DNA of 64,000 nt from a virus, in the IMG/VR virus record IMGVR_UViG_3300032223_001832, positions 8,419-72,418 of that record. One strand, given 5' to 3'. The notes under the pieces are model-generated. The model ran no database searches. It was not told the DNA's origin and worked only from the letters and a program-made list of their open reading frames with translations. Positions 56,331 to 64,000 of this stretch are shown here, in pieces. Position numbers and translations under genes: made by a program. The first letter of the stretch is position 1. The number at the start of each line of letters is the position of its first letter.

Positions 56331-58234
56331 TAGTGTTCCTTTCTTGCGAGAGTGGATTTAACTAGGTCTGTCGCTACTTCTAGGACATCTCTAGGCTTTG
56401 CGATAGCGCGGAATATCTGTGCGCCATGTCGTAACTCGGCGAGCATACGGCGATAGTAACTACCACTATCATCTGTTGCGAGTGAGCCTTCGACCCATGA
56501 CTTGTATTGCTGATAGTCGCTCATAAAGACTACGCAGGTAAGTATGCCTTTAGCGTTGAGGCGTTTAATAACCTCATCACACTCCTCTGTATTACTCCAT
56601 TGTCCGTCTGTTACGGCGAATAGGATTTTAATAGACTTAGTGCTTGCCTCTAGTACGCGCTCGGCTTCCATGAGACCGCGTAACGGGTCGGTTGAGCCTC
56701 TTGCGAATATATGTCTGAACGAGCGTGGCTTGGCGTTATCTAATTTATTATAGAGTTCGCTACTCTTATCGTCGAACGCATATACCGATACGCTTCCGTT
56801 GATACTTTCGATACCGCGCTTGATTACCCACGCATTTTGGCAGACATCACGCATATATCCACCCATTGACCCACTATGGTCTAATAGCATTACCGCTTCT
56901 ATATCGGTGTTGTCGTTGCCTGTATCCCAAACATCAAACATCTCACTAATACTATTAACATCAGGGTTCATGGTACGAGAGATATTTAACTTGCCACTTG
57001 GCAGGTGAGTATTCCACGCAGGGTCATTGTCTCTGACCATGCGCTCTAACTCTTGACCAAACTTACGAGCGTAAGTAATCGCCGTTGCTTCGGGTTGGCG
57101 TTCATCATATTGGCTAGGCTTAATAACCGAACGAATATCATCATCACCCTTGATAGCCTTACGGGTCTCATTGACCTCGCGCTTGACCGCCTCGTTGTTG
57201 CGGATTTCTTTCATGCGCTCGTTAATCTTATTAGCAACCGCTTCATCATCTTGGGTATATTTATTCTCGGTCTCATTAAATTGGTCGTTAGACCCACCGC
57301 TTGTAAGACCTGCCTGTAAGTTCTCGCTAGGACTATTATCCTGCTTCTCGGCTTTTTCCTGTAACTTGGCTTGGTCTTTGCCATTGGCAGGGCGACCTTT
57401 AGTTAGTACGGGGCGTGGAGTACCGCCACCGCAACCGCCTTCGGGAGACTTGCGTGGTCGCTCGGTATCTGTACCTACGAGTTCTGCGAAGCGAGTGATT
57501 AGTTCCTTAGCCTTATCGAAGTCGTCGGGGAATACGAGACCGCGATAGGAGTGGACAATATCGCTAATAACACTAGCGACCTCTACGCCGTACTTACTAA
57601 TAAACTTATCAGCGACCGCTTGGCGTAGGTCAATATCGAGATACTTGCGACCCGTTATGACGGGAAACATATCAGCCCACTCGCTAGGGTCGCCTTTGAG
57701 TGCGTAATCCATAGCGGTAGCCTCTAGGAATAACCGCGTACTTGGGTACTTGGCTATCATCATTTGTTCGATACGGGCTTCCTCTAGCATATTGTATGCG
57801 CGAGTAACCTTATTATCCTTAACGAATTGACCTAGATTAGACCCTGCGCGTGGTGAGAATAGAATATGCGCGACCTCATGGTAGTTAGTTCCATGAAGGC
57901 TAGTAATAGTCTCGGCATTTAAGTCCTCGATAAGATTAGCATTGTAGATAATCTCGCGCCCATTGTTTGTTGCGGGCGTGTTCATCTCCTTATCGTTCAC
58001 TACTGTTACCGATATATCCTCGCCTGTAATAATCTTATCGGCGGTCTGATAAACGCTACCAATACTATCTAGTTCATTGGCGCGAGTAACATAGCCCTCT
58101 AGGAGTTGGGCGCGTGTGCGACCAAACTCGTCAAGGAAGCCTAAGAAGTTGCCTTCATCATCTCGCTGATACGACCCTGCGGAATAATAGACCTCATTAA
58201 AGAAGTCGTGGCTGTGATAAGGAGACCTAGCCAT
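56330..58234 (-). CDS. VWA-domain protein with N-terminal HExxH metallopeptidase-like domain (CobT-like)
   Basis: HEVAH..N.LEE.RIE; MIDAS DHSGSM, T, TDG. Confidence 0.85.
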   Translation of the reverse strand: MARSPYHSHDFFNEVYYSAGSYQRDDEGNFLGFLDEFGRTRAQLLEGYVTRANELDSIGSVYQTADKIITGEDISVTVVNDKEMNTPATNNGREIIYNANLIEDLNAETITSLHGTNYHEVAHILFSPRAGSNLGQFVKDNKVTRAYNMLEEARIEQMMIAKYPSTRLFLEATAMDYALKGDPSEWADMFPVITGRKYLDIDLRQAVADKFISKYGVEVASVISDIVHSYRGLVFPDDFDKAKELITRFAELVGTDTERPRKSPEGGCGGGTPRPVLTKGRPANGKDQAKLQEKAEKQDNSPSENLQAGLTSGGSNDQFNETENKYTQDDEAVANKINERMKEIRNNEAVKREVNETRKAIKGDDDIRSVIKPSQYDERQPEATAITYARKFGQELERMVRDNDPAWNTHLPSGKLNISRTMNPDVNSISEMFDVWDTGNDNTDIEAVMLLDHSGSMGGYMRDVCQNAWVIKRGIESINGSVSVYAFDDKSSELYNKLDNAKPRSFRHIFARGSTDPLRGLMEAERVLEASTKSIKILFAVTDGQWSNTEECDEVIKRLNAKGILTCVVFMSDYQQYKSWVEGSLATDDSGSYYRRMLAELRHGAQIFRAIAKPRDVLEVATDLVKSTLARKEH

Positions 58235-59654
58235 TTATGCGCTCGCTCTCGTTAATAGGATTATGATAGGAAGTAGTTACTGCCTGACCTAGTTCCTCTG
58301 CGAGATTATCCTTGTGTGTCTCACACGCAAGGCGAACACCGCCACGCTCATCTTTAGTGAAGCCATTGGTGAACGAAGTGATAGCGAAGCCCACGCCGAA
58401 GTTCTTGGCGTTGCTCATAAACGATACGAGCGAACGGGTTGAGATAGGGGTTGAGATTTCCTCTTTTTCGTACTGCTCACGAAGTTGGTCGGCTAGTGTT
58501 AGTAGCGAACGAGACTTAATAATCTTATTCTCGATACTGCGGTCATAAGGAAACTCTAACTTGATACCGAAGCGGTCGCTGAACGCTTGGTTAAGTTCCT
58601 GTGTGCCTTTATAGCCGTAGTTCATGTCGCCCACGATAAGGAGATTAGGGTGAGCCTTGATAACCTCTCCACCATTTTCGAGAAGTTGGATTTCTCGGCG
58701 ATAGTCGAGCAGGGAGAATAATACTGTTGAGATACGAACGGGAAGGAAGTTAATCTCGTTAATAAGGAGTACGCCACCATGTCTGACTAATAGTGTTACT
58801 GCGCCGTCTTGCCATTGGTAGCCATGCCCGTCTGCGCGTGGTATCCAACGACCGAATAGTTGGCTTGGGTCAATACCCTGATTAGACGAGATATTAAAGT
58901 AACGCATACCGCGCTTGGAAGCGTAGCCCTGAACGCTCATAGTCTTACCTGACCCTGCCTGACCTTCGAGCAGGATATTAGTATTATCTTTGAGTGCTTG
59001 GTCGTAGATTTCCCACTCGGTTACGCCGTCAAACCTGCGGTTAATATAGTTATCGCCGTATTTCTTGTCGGGTACGCTAATCATATTGAGAGACATCTCG
59101 TCAATAGTCTTATTAAGCATAGTCATTTCGACCTTCTCGTACTTCTCGACTTCCACGACTTCTCGCGTCTCGGCGATTTTTGGCGTTACACCCTCGGTAG
59201 GCTTACTAATAGCCTCGATAGTAATATCGGCTGTACCTGTGGCTGTGCGCTTGTCGGTAACATAGTCGGCGAGTGCTTGGTCGCCTTCTAGGAGTTGTAG
59301 CCCTAATAGTGCTACTGCGTTCTTGTGAGCCGTCTGCGCGGTGGCAGGTTCAGCGTTCTCATTGGCGTAGATAGCCTTATTTGCGATATTGGTAATCTGT
59401 CCTAGTCCTACTAAGGCTAGGTCGCGCTCTGTAACGATAATGCCTACGGGCTTGGAGATAATAGGGCTATCAGGGAGTTTATAGAGTTCATCACTTGCTA
59501 GTCTTGTCCATGCCTGTCCACGACCCTTTGAGCCGTTGGAAGTGCGGTGGTAGATATGAACCTCGCCATTGTGTCCGAATAGGAGAGATTGCGAAGTGGC
59601 AGGAAGCCCGTCTAGTGGCTCTGCCTCGCTCTCTACGAATAGTGCTATGGTCAT
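58227..59654 (-). CDS. MoxR/CbbQ/CobS-like AAA+ ATPase
   Basis: GQAGSGKT, W.DG, LLINEIN, N..Y.GT..LN.A..DRF, STR.L. Confidence 0.88.
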   Translation of the reverse strand: MTIALFVESEAEPLDGLPATSQSLLFGHNGEVHIYHRTSNGSKGRGQAWTRLASDELYKLPDSPIISKPVGIIVTERDLALVGLGQITNIANKAIYANENAEPATAQTAHKNAVALLGLQLLEGDQALADYVTDKRTATGTADITIEAISKPTEGVTPKIAETREVVEVEKYEKVEMTMLNKTIDEMSLNMISVPDKKYGDNYINRRFDGVTEWEIYDQALKDNTNILLEGQAGSGKTMSVQGYASKRGMRYFNISSNQGIDPSQLFGRWIPRADGHGYQWQDGAVTLLVRHGGVLLINEINFLPVRISTVLFSLLDYRREIQLLENGGEVIKAHPNLLIVGDMNYGYKGTQELNQAFSDRFGIKLEFPYDRSIENKIIKSRSLLTLADQLREQYEKEEISTPISTRSLVSFMSNAKNFGVGFAITSFTNGFTKDERGGVRLACETHKDNLAEELGQAVTTSYHNPINESERING

Positions 59655-59775
59655 TGGTCTTGCCTCTCTAGTGCGCCGTTGGCGCGGTTATCGGGAATTA
59701 CCTTGTTGTATCCCCTAGTGAGAGAAGTCTTGCCTAGTTCTTATTAGAAAGCAATACGAGGGTGGATTTGGTAAC

Positions 59776-59792
59776 TCTCAGATAACTCTCAG
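59776..59792. promoter_or_regulatory. TCTCAG-N5-TCTCAG direct repeat upstream of the AAA/VWA operon
   Basis: TCTCAGataacTCTCAG; candidate -35 TTGCTT on the - strand at 59749-59754. Confidence 0.6.
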
Positions 59793-59938
59793 CCTTCTTA
59801 TCAGATACCTCTCCTCTCTCCTAAGCCTATTATCTGGTCGTACAACCGATTAGCGATTTATCGACATTTGGCAGTAGCCGATTTCGCATAGCATAGGTCG
59901 GTGGCGGAAGTCAATAGCGGGGGAGTGTGATTTGGCTC

Positions 59939-60126
59939 TCTCAGGTAACTCTCGGCTCTCTCTCAGGAGACTCTCAGACACGCCCGACCGCGTGGTATGT
60001 TTGTGTTGGACAAATAGCGAAGCTATTTGCACATATTCCGAAGGAATATGTAACATTCCGAAGGAATGTACATTTGCAAAGCAAATGTGAGGCAGACACG
60101 GCCTTGCCGACTGCCGACACAAACAT
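59939..60126. repeat. Intergenic module copy 1 (4 TCTCAG-type units; IR-bracketed array of 4 palindromes)
   Basis: Units at 59939/59950/59961/59972; ATGTTTGTGTTGG (59997) ... CCGACACAAACAT (60126). Confidence 0.85.
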
Positions 60127-60205
60127 CTGCGCTCGCAAACAAAATAGCCCTAGCAGACACGCCCATGTCTACTAAGGCTATTTGGTGGGGTTTGGCAATT
60201 ACGGC

Positions 60206-60532
60206 TTATGTGGCTCGATTAGTCTCACCCACAAGTGCTTCGGTAGCCGACCAAACTACTTCCGACTTTTCATTTAAGACGAGTTTCCCCTCGAACCACT
60301 TGGGGTCAGGCACTCCATAAAGGAGTGTTTCTAGTGATACCTCATAGAACTCTGCTAAGCCTATTAAGTTTTTAATGGAAATTGCGCGGTCTCCGCGTTC
60401 CCATGAGCCTACTACAACGGGCTTCCATTTGCCGTCAGAGAGGATACCCACTTCTTGTAGGGTCAATCCCTTGATTTTTCGGACAATGCGTAGGTTCTTT
60501 CTAATACTATCTACTGTTGGACTACTCATCAT
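60206..60532 (-). CDS. XRE-family HTH regulator closely resembling the BldD DNA-binding domain
   Basis: LR.VR...GLTL..V...S.GKWKPVVVGSWERGDRAI....L..LAEFY.V....LL. Confidence 0.8.
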   Translation of the reverse strand: MMSSPTVDSIRKNLRIVRKIKGLTLQEVGILSDGKWKPVVVGSWERGDRAISIKNLIGLAEFYEVSLETLLYGVPDPKWFEGKLVLNEKSEVVWSATEALVGETNRAT

Positions 60533-61055
60533 CAGCCACTTCCGACAACAACTCTTGGATAGTTTTATCGCCAATCTTACCTTCTGCTAAGGCTATTGGG
60601 TCTAATTTGGCAAAAGACTCGGTAGCGTCAGTATCTTGTAGGAAGGCGGTAGCCAATGGTGGTAGTGAGCGGTCATTATTAGCACACAACGCGCCTAGCA
60701 TACCTGCTAGACCGAACATGGCTGTCGTCTGACCTGCGCCCCATAAAACATTAAGGGCGATAGCAAGTGCGTCGAGGTCGTCCTTACTAGGACTATGTTC
60801 CTCTGTACTGCGGATATTAGCGAGCGCGCTATTGGTAAGACACGCTACTAACTTAAATTGGAACTCCCTGTCCTCGCGGAAGGCTTGGCAGAGAATAGCG
60901 TTACGAAGGCGGGAATTAGAAAGCCCCTTAGTATTATTAGGGAACACCCAATCTTGCGCCTGTTCTGCGGTTGGGTCGTCTCCGTCCATATCAACACTAG
61001 GAAGCATGGAGATAGCCGACATCAACTCGCTAAAGCGGTACTTTGCGTCTAACAT
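60522..61055 (-). CDS. Helical hypothetical protein (weak DUF4192-like resemblance)
   Basis: LRNAIL...A...W..G...LA pattern; own promoter upstream. Confidence 0.6.
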   Translation of the reverse strand: MLDAKYRFSELMSAISMLPSVDMDGDDPTAEQAQDWVFPNNTKGLSNSRLRNAILCQAFREDREFQFKLVACLTNSALANIRSTEEHSPSKDDLDALAIALNVLWGAGQTTAMFGLAGMLGALCANNDRSLPPLATAFLQDTDATESFAKLDPIALAEGKIGDKTIQELLSEVADDE

Positions 61056-61101
61056 AGGTCTGTATTACTCATCTCTCGGGGGGTCTGACCCGATAAAGCC
61101 A

Positions 61102-61130
61102 AACCTACTCTCTCTGTAACTATATGGCAA
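61102..61130 (-). promoter_or_regulatory. Sigma70-type promoter
   Basis: - strand TTGCCA-N17-TAGGTT. Confidence 0.6.
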
Positions 61131-61151
61131 CTCTCATAACTCATTTATAAC

Positions 61152-61300
61152 TCTCAGGTTTCTCTCAGGAAGCCAATTGTTTGTGTTGACCAAATGCTTC
61201 GCATTTGTCACATTTACGAAGTAAATGTACATTTGGTACAAATGTTACGTCGCTGGCCGCTCCGACACAAACCTTATCCACAGGTCCAAACTGTGGATAA
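61152..61300. repeat. Intergenic module copy 2 (TCTCAG pair; 3 palindromes; 2 DnaA boxes)
   Basis: TCTCAGgtttcTCTCAG; GTTTGTGTTG (61179) ... CGACACAAAC (61272); TTATCCACA 61274, TGTGGATAA 61292. Confidence 0.88.
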
Positions 61301-61303
61301 GTG

Positions 61304-61329
61304 GAGCGGGGGCGACCAAACCCCCGCTC
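61304..61329 (-). terminator. GC-rich hairpin after a gene (terminator-like, no U tract)
   Basis: GAGCGGGGG-N8-CCCCCGCTC. Confidence 0.4.
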
Positions 61330-61340
61330 AGTTGGTAGTC

Positions 61341-61526
61341 TTAGGCAGCGCTACCAAGACCGCAGGCTTCTAGAAACTTCTGTTGGTCAAAGCGGTCGTT
61401 TTCCTGAGCAAAGACGCCTGATAGTGCTAGCGCTAGGTCGCGAAGGCTGGGGGTGAACCCAGCCTCCTGACCTTCCTTCATTGCCTTAATAACACTAGCG
61501 AAGGCGCGGTAATCCTTGCGGGACAT
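61341..61526 (-). CDS. Conserved small phage protein (M.RKDY...N.RFD..KF..AC type)
   Basis: Recognisable motif; TAATG coupling. Confidence 0.75.
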   Translation of the reverse strand: MSRKDYRAFASVIKAMKEGQEAGFTPSLRDLALALSGVFAQENDRFDQQKFLEACGLGSAA

Positions 61527-62011
61527 TATTCGACTTCCTCGGCTGAGTAGTCGAGGTTATCGTTGATAAGGCTGGTTAGGTCGATGGCGTATGAGTTGTC
61601 ATCAGTTGAGCCGTAACCTGAATCACCTTGTGAGTTAAGTGTAAAGTTGAGTTCGATGTCGTCGATTTCCATATCCTGCTCAACCATTTCGCACGCTTCC
61701 TCGTCAGAGTCTGCCTCGACCTCAACGTCCATAACGTGGTTGCTGAAGGCGGATACGGAGACAATAAACTTAGTAGCGATGGAGTCAATCGGGGTAATCC
61801 CCGCAGCGTCGCAAATCTTATTTGCGAGTTCGAGTGCGTCCTCACGGGACATGGTGCCTTCTTGGGCTTCAGCCTTAAAGATGTTCTTTAAGACCTCGCG
61901 GAAACTAGCCTTAGTTTCCTCAGTAGTGCGTTCGGTACGAATCGCTAACAAGCGGTCGTGGTCCTCTCGCTGGATACAACCCTGAGGGGTTGTAGTTTCG
62001 GTTGTGGTCAT
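61526..62011 (-). CDS. Highly acidic hypothetical protein
   Basis: GAGAGG RBS; VEVEA.S.EEA motif. Confidence 0.7.
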   Translation of the reverse strand: MTTTETTTPQGCIQREDHDRLLAIRTERTTEETKASFREVLKNIFKAEAQEGTMSREDALELANKICDAAGITPIDSIATKFIVSVSAFSNHVMDVEVEADSDEEACEMVEQDMEIDDIELNFTLNSQGDSGYGSTDDNSYAIDLTSLINDNLDYSAEEVE

Positions 62012-62051
62012 TGGTGCCTCTCTCAGGGGGGTCGGACCCTGCGATAGGAGT

Positions 62052-62081
62052 ACTCTATTAAAGAATCTTTACTCTCCGCAA
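62052..62081 (-). promoter_or_regulatory. Sigma70-type promoter
   Basis: - strand TTGCGG-N18-TAGAGT. Confidence 0.45.
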
Positions 62082-62102
62082 CTTTGGTAACTCTATTATA
62101 AC

Positions 62103-62246
62103 TCTCAGGTAACTCTCAGCCAGGAATGTTTGTGTTGAACAATATGCTTCGCATATTGTAAAAGCATGTCCTCGTCCTTCGTCCTCGTCCCGACACAAAC
62201 TTTTTCCACAGAGTTATCCACAGGCTGTTGATAGCCTGTGGATAAC
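62103..62246. repeat. Intergenic module copy 3 (TCTCAG pair; 1 palindrome; 3-4 DnaA boxes)
   Basis: TCTCAGgtaacTCTCAG; GTTTGTGTTG (62128) ... CGACACAAAC (62200); TTTTCCACA 62202, TTATCCACA 62214, TGTGGATAA 62237. Confidence 0.88.
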
Positions 62247-62258
62247 CTGCGCCTAAGA

Positions 62259-63260
62259 TTACGCGGAGACCAACCCGCGTACCGCGGAGAGAATACGAGC
62301 CTTCTCGGTATTCACTCCAGCCTCGAAGCCACTAGCGGCTGCAAGGATTCCCTCGTTACCGCCGCGACCCTCGCGGTAGTAGTCCACGCGCTCGGTGAGC
62401 GCGTTGAGCGCACCCCATGCGGTGCCAGTGATACCCGTCTGGGTAGGGGATGAAAGATAGAGCCCACGTGTGAGGTCGAATTTCTTCTCCCAGAGAGTGG
62501 TCGCTCCCTTGGAATCTGCCTCGGGCTTAGGGTAGAGCGCCTCGAAAAGGTTATCGAATTGCTGGTTAGTAATTGAGGTCTGGAAGAGTTCCGTAGCCAT
62601 ATCCTCAAAGGCGTCCATGTGAGCCATGGTGAGACCTAGCACGCGTTGAGCCTCGGCCACGCGTCCCTCGGTCTTTTGAGTGTGGCGCACCTTGAATTGC
62701 TGCTTGGTGCCAGCGAGCGCCATGTTGAGCGTATTTTGGCAGACTACGCGCACTGGGGTAATGCACGCTTGGATTGCCGCGCTACCATCGTGTGAAGAGG
62801 TAACGAGAAGATACGTTTTGGTGGTATCCGCGATTCCCTTAGGGTCGAGGATGAATTCGCGAGGTACGGCGAGAGAGCCAAATACTTGGCGTCCCTGCTT
62901 GATTGAGCCAGCGGATTCCCATGTGGCTCCGCCGTCGGTAAGATTGTCACCGAATGAGAATAAATCCTCATTTTGGTATACGCGATAGCGGTCTCCGACG
63001 GTCGCGAGAATATCGGTTCCGCCGTCGAATGGATTGGTGCGTGTGACCATAAAGGTCTCGGAGATTGCGCGATACCCTGCTGGGTACACGACTGGCTCAA
63101 GAGAGACATTCCAGTCGTTGAGTTTTGCGGCGTCGAGCATGTCGGCGGTCGTAACGTGCGCGTCCTCATCAAAGAGGACATTCGCAAGACCGTGCCATGC
63201 TGGCGCGCCACGTAGAGCGAAAGCGGTTTCCCCGCCTTGGCTCTCGAGGTTATGTGCCAT
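62259..63260 (-). CDS. DUF932 / TIGR03299-family phage-plasmid protein
   Basis: MAH..E...AWHGL, Y...QN, AGS...G..VF, SHDGS, TPVRVVC.NTL, RHT, GTAWG..NA..E..D; GAAAGG RBS before the ATG at 63260. Confidence 0.85.
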   Translation of the reverse strand: MAHNLESQGGETAFALRGAPAWHGLANVLFDEDAHVTTADMLDAAKLNDWNVSLEPVVYPAGYRAISETFMVTRTNPFDGGTDILATVGDRYRVYQNEDLFSFGDNLTDGGATWESAGSIKQGRQVFGSLAVPREFILDPKGIADTTKTYLLVTSSHDGSAAIQACITPVRVVCQNTLNMALAGTKQQFKVRHTQKTEGRVAEAQRVLGLTMAHMDAFEDMATELFQTSITNQQFDNLFEALYPKPEADSKGATTLWEKKFDLTRGLYLSSPTQTGITGTAWGALNALTERVDYYREGRGGNEGILAAASGFEAGVNTEKARILSAVRGLVSA

Positions 63261-63349
63261 TTCTTGCCTTTCGTAAGGTGAGCGGATGCCCACGTGCCAA
63301 TACTAGCGACGTATCTTCTAATAAGATAGTTTGGTAACTCTTAAATAAC

Positions 63350-63485
63350 TCTCAGGAAACTCCCAGGTTGGAAAATGTTTGTGTCGACAAAATGCGTAGC
63401 ATTTTGGTAAAGCCATATCCCACCCCCCACCCACCGCTCAACACAAACTTTATCCACAGGGGGCTGTGGATAAAGCTGTGGATAA
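63350..63485. repeat. Intergenic module copy 4 (TCTCAG/TCCCAG pair; 1 palindrome; 3 DnaA boxes)
   Basis: TCTCAGgaaacTCCCAG; GTTTGTGTCGA (63377) ... TCAACACAAAC (63448); TTATCCACA 63450, TGTGGATAA 63465 and 63477. Confidence 0.88.
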
Positions 63486-63830
63486 CTATGCGTGGTCGGT
63501 CGCGTAGTTCATGAAGAATTGGACTTCCTCATTGGATAGTCCTAGCGTTTCGCCTTCCTCATCGCATGAACCAGTGATTACGACATCCCCGACCATGACA
63601 TCAGAGAAGCCATACATGCTTGCCCAGAGAAGAGTGGCAACCGCGTTGAATGGTAAGCCTATTACCTTGCCTTCCTCGTTGAGCCACATGTCCGCGAAGT
63701 TTTTATCGCGAAGAGTAACGCACTCGATGAAACCACCGACTGCCTCGCGAAGCAGGGGATAAGATTCCCCTGCCTCAAACTCGACAACTTCCCGACTATC
63801 GTCGGTGCGAATGATAACTGCCTTATGCAT
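63486..63830 (-). CDS. DUF3846-family protein
   Basis: L..AVGG.IE, NEEGK..GLP.N..AT, VGDVV.TG..D..G. Confidence 0.8.
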   Translation of the reverse strand: MHKAVIIRTDDSREVVEFEAGESYPLLREAVGGFIECVTLRDKNFADMWLNEEGKVIGLPFNAVATLLWASMYGFSDVMVGDVVITGSCDEEGETLGLSNEEVQFFMNYATDHA

Positions 63831-63963
63831 CTTCACCCACGCCCCAATCTTCGCAAACGCCTTGGACTGCGTCGTTTAGGTCTGCGATTAGTAGTTCCAA
63901 CTCATCAGGCGTAATGCCTGCGCACTGCTCGCTTGTTAGCGATGAAGACCAGACTTTGGTCAT
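63823..63963 (-). CDS. 46-aa acidic peptide (not in ORF track)
   Basis: MTKVWSSSLTSEQCAGITPDELELLIADLNDAVQGVCEDWGVGEDA*; AAGGGG RBS. Confidence 0.55.
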   Translation of the reverse strand: MTKVWSSSLTSEQCAGITPDELELLIADLNDAVQGVCEDWGVGEDA

Positions 63964-64000
63964 TTGGTACCCCTTCGTTAGTAGTGTTATTAAGTTGTAA

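Noticed and set aside
59850-60320. ORF-track entries 59850..60122(-), 59927..60175(+) and 60066..60320(+)
   Set aside because: They run through the palindrome module, lack an RBS and look like chance open frames.
59939-63485. CRISPR array interpretation of the repeats
   Set aside because: There is no constant repeat-spacer periodicity and copies are separated by whole genes. The only Cas-like gene is a stand-alone Cas4-like nuclease in the recombination cluster.

Overview
The window is part of a tailed dsDNA phage genome with a contractile tail (myovirus morphotype). The host is most likely an actinobacterium: the phage carries WhiB and a BldD-like HTH, and many genes look leaderless; a freshwater low-GC host is my inference only. 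On the + strand, 1-7.4 kb holds a tail-fibre end and an accessory cassette (two paralogous Gly/Ser-rich proteins, a U32-family/methyltransferase fusion, a DUF401-like membrane protein, two DUF6065-like paralogs). 7.4-23.6 kb is the neck/tail/baseplate module and 23.6-40 kb covers replication and recombination (initiator, DnaC-like, DnaB, primase, dNMP kinase, SNF2, SSB, PolA, RecA, WhiB, Cas4-like, RuvC, SpoVS). 40-51.8 kb holds small proteins, a metallophosphoesterase, a nucleotidyltransferase, a degenerate TGT-like protein and a class II RNR. After a bidirectional terminator at about 51.86 kb all genes are on the - strand (probable early region: VWA + MoxR AAA pair, BldD-like HTH, DUF932, DUF3846). 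The most unusual signals are four. (1) A four-copy intergenic module at 59.9-63.5 kb: TCTCAG-N5-TCTCAG repeats, then an inverted-repeat-bracketed array of triloop palindromes, then (in 3 of 4 copies) clustered perfect DnaA boxes. (2) A roughly 600-nt multi-domain structured non-coding region at 54.47-55.06 kb. (3) An apparent +1 programmed frameshift in the tail chaperone. (4) A set of host developmental-regulator homologues (BldD-like, WhiB, SpoVS). All family calls come from motif recognition by eye; no searches were run.
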